DNA of 64,000 nucleotides from Cetorhinus maximus (Eukaryota): NCBI RefSeq assembly GCF_964194155.1, contig NC_135899.1, positions 31,806,001 to 31,870,000 of the forward strand, read 5' to 3'. Shown piece by piece: positions 63,046 to 64,000 of this stretch (position 1 is its first letter; each line of letters starts with the position of its first letter). The notes under the pieces were generated by a model. It saw only the letters and a program-made list of their open reading frames with translations, ran no database searches and was not told where the DNA came from. The position numbers and the translations under genes were made by a program.

Positions 63046-63249
63046 TACGGCTTCTTTCAGGCTGTGACCTGTGACCTCAGTTTGCAGTCAAACATTACAT
63101 CAGGGAGGTCAACCAGGCTCTCTACGCTATGAGAGTAGAGTGAGGACGAGAGACTCACTAGACTTTACCCATATTTCAGGTTTCTCGATGGTGAAAGGTG
63201 TCATTGAGTTCACCTACATTCCACTGCCTCTCCCCATTGAACCCTGGGG

Positions 63250-63953
63250 GAGGGGTAGGGGGGAGTTTTACGGTCCCCTGCCAGTGGGTTTGAAGATGGG
63301 GTGGGGGGGGCTTCCTAAAATACAGTGCGCCACTTGCTTGCCCGCCATGACCTGTCACCCATTTTACAGGTGGCCACGGAGGCGCCTGGTGGCCCACCTG
63401 CCCTTGGGCCTGTTGAGGCCCTCGAGTAGCCAAATAATGGCCATTTAAGTGCCTCATCCCACTATTTTACCCACAGCATGGTGAAGCCCACGCAACGTGG
63501 GTAGACCAGCAGCTTTTACTGGGCGAGCCAATGTCGGGCAAGGAGGAGTGCTGGGGACCTCTTTTGGGGATCTCCTGTGCTCATTGAACCAACTCCCGCA
63601 TCTGCAAGGTCATAGCCTGCCACAGCCCCGCACCCCCCCCCCCCACACTTAACTCTCCCCGTTAGCCCCTCAAAACCGCTTGCCATCAAGGCCCCGCTGA
63701 CATCCTTGACATACCTGAACTCCGGCCTTCATTCACTCCCCCACTACAGAGACTGGCTGTACTCCTAGCAATGGCCGTCACTCAAACCTGGTGCTGCTGA
63801 CACTACAGAGCTACAGCTCTCTAAAGCAGGACTTCCTCCCGATGGAGGTGCTGATGGAGAGCTTTAAATGACTGCAGGTCAACCCGTATGCATTCCCCGC
63901 CAACTCGTCGGGTGGCGGGGTGAGAATCCCCGCCAAGCGAAAACTCCTGCCCC
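63250..63953. mobile_element. Harbinger-type non-autonomous element
   Basis: gggggagttttac-like left end and gaaaactcctgccc right end; GC-rich body resembling the other MITEs. Confidence 0.45.
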
Positions 63954-64000
63954 GGAATATTCATCAATCTTTAGCGATTTCACTCCCTTGAATGTAAGGC

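Overview
Eukaryotic, repeat-dense DNA, most likely from a cartilaginous fish (shark). This is inferred from the repeat content: CR1, L2, RTE and Vingi LINEs, Deu-domain and tRNA-head SINEs, Penelope and Harbinger remnants. Main content: (1) three tandem copies of a segmental duplication unit, each carrying a C2H2 zinc-finger array gene with no KRAB domain (11, 21 and 12 intact fingers). Copies 2 and 3 have a homologous promoter and a first exon ending in ATG|GT; for copy 1 that region would lie upstream of the window. (2) A minus-strand, frame-disrupted gene joining a stonustoxin/verrucotoxin-type pore-forming module to two FN3 domains, a septin/AIG1-like GTPase and a Cys-rich/coiled-coil tail; it lies inside the third unit. 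(3) The promoter, leader exon and alpha-1 exon of a non-classical MHC class I gene that continues past the window end. Notable element structures: a LINE with a tRNA-derived head plus SINEs that look like its internal-deletion product, an RTE with a twin-priming-type 5' inversion, solo LTRs, Harbinger MITEs, a templated tandem insertion, degenerate hammerhead cores and a 2.3-kb G-rich satellite next to a promoter. All family assignments come from motif recognition by eye; no database searches were run, and repeat boundaries are approximate.
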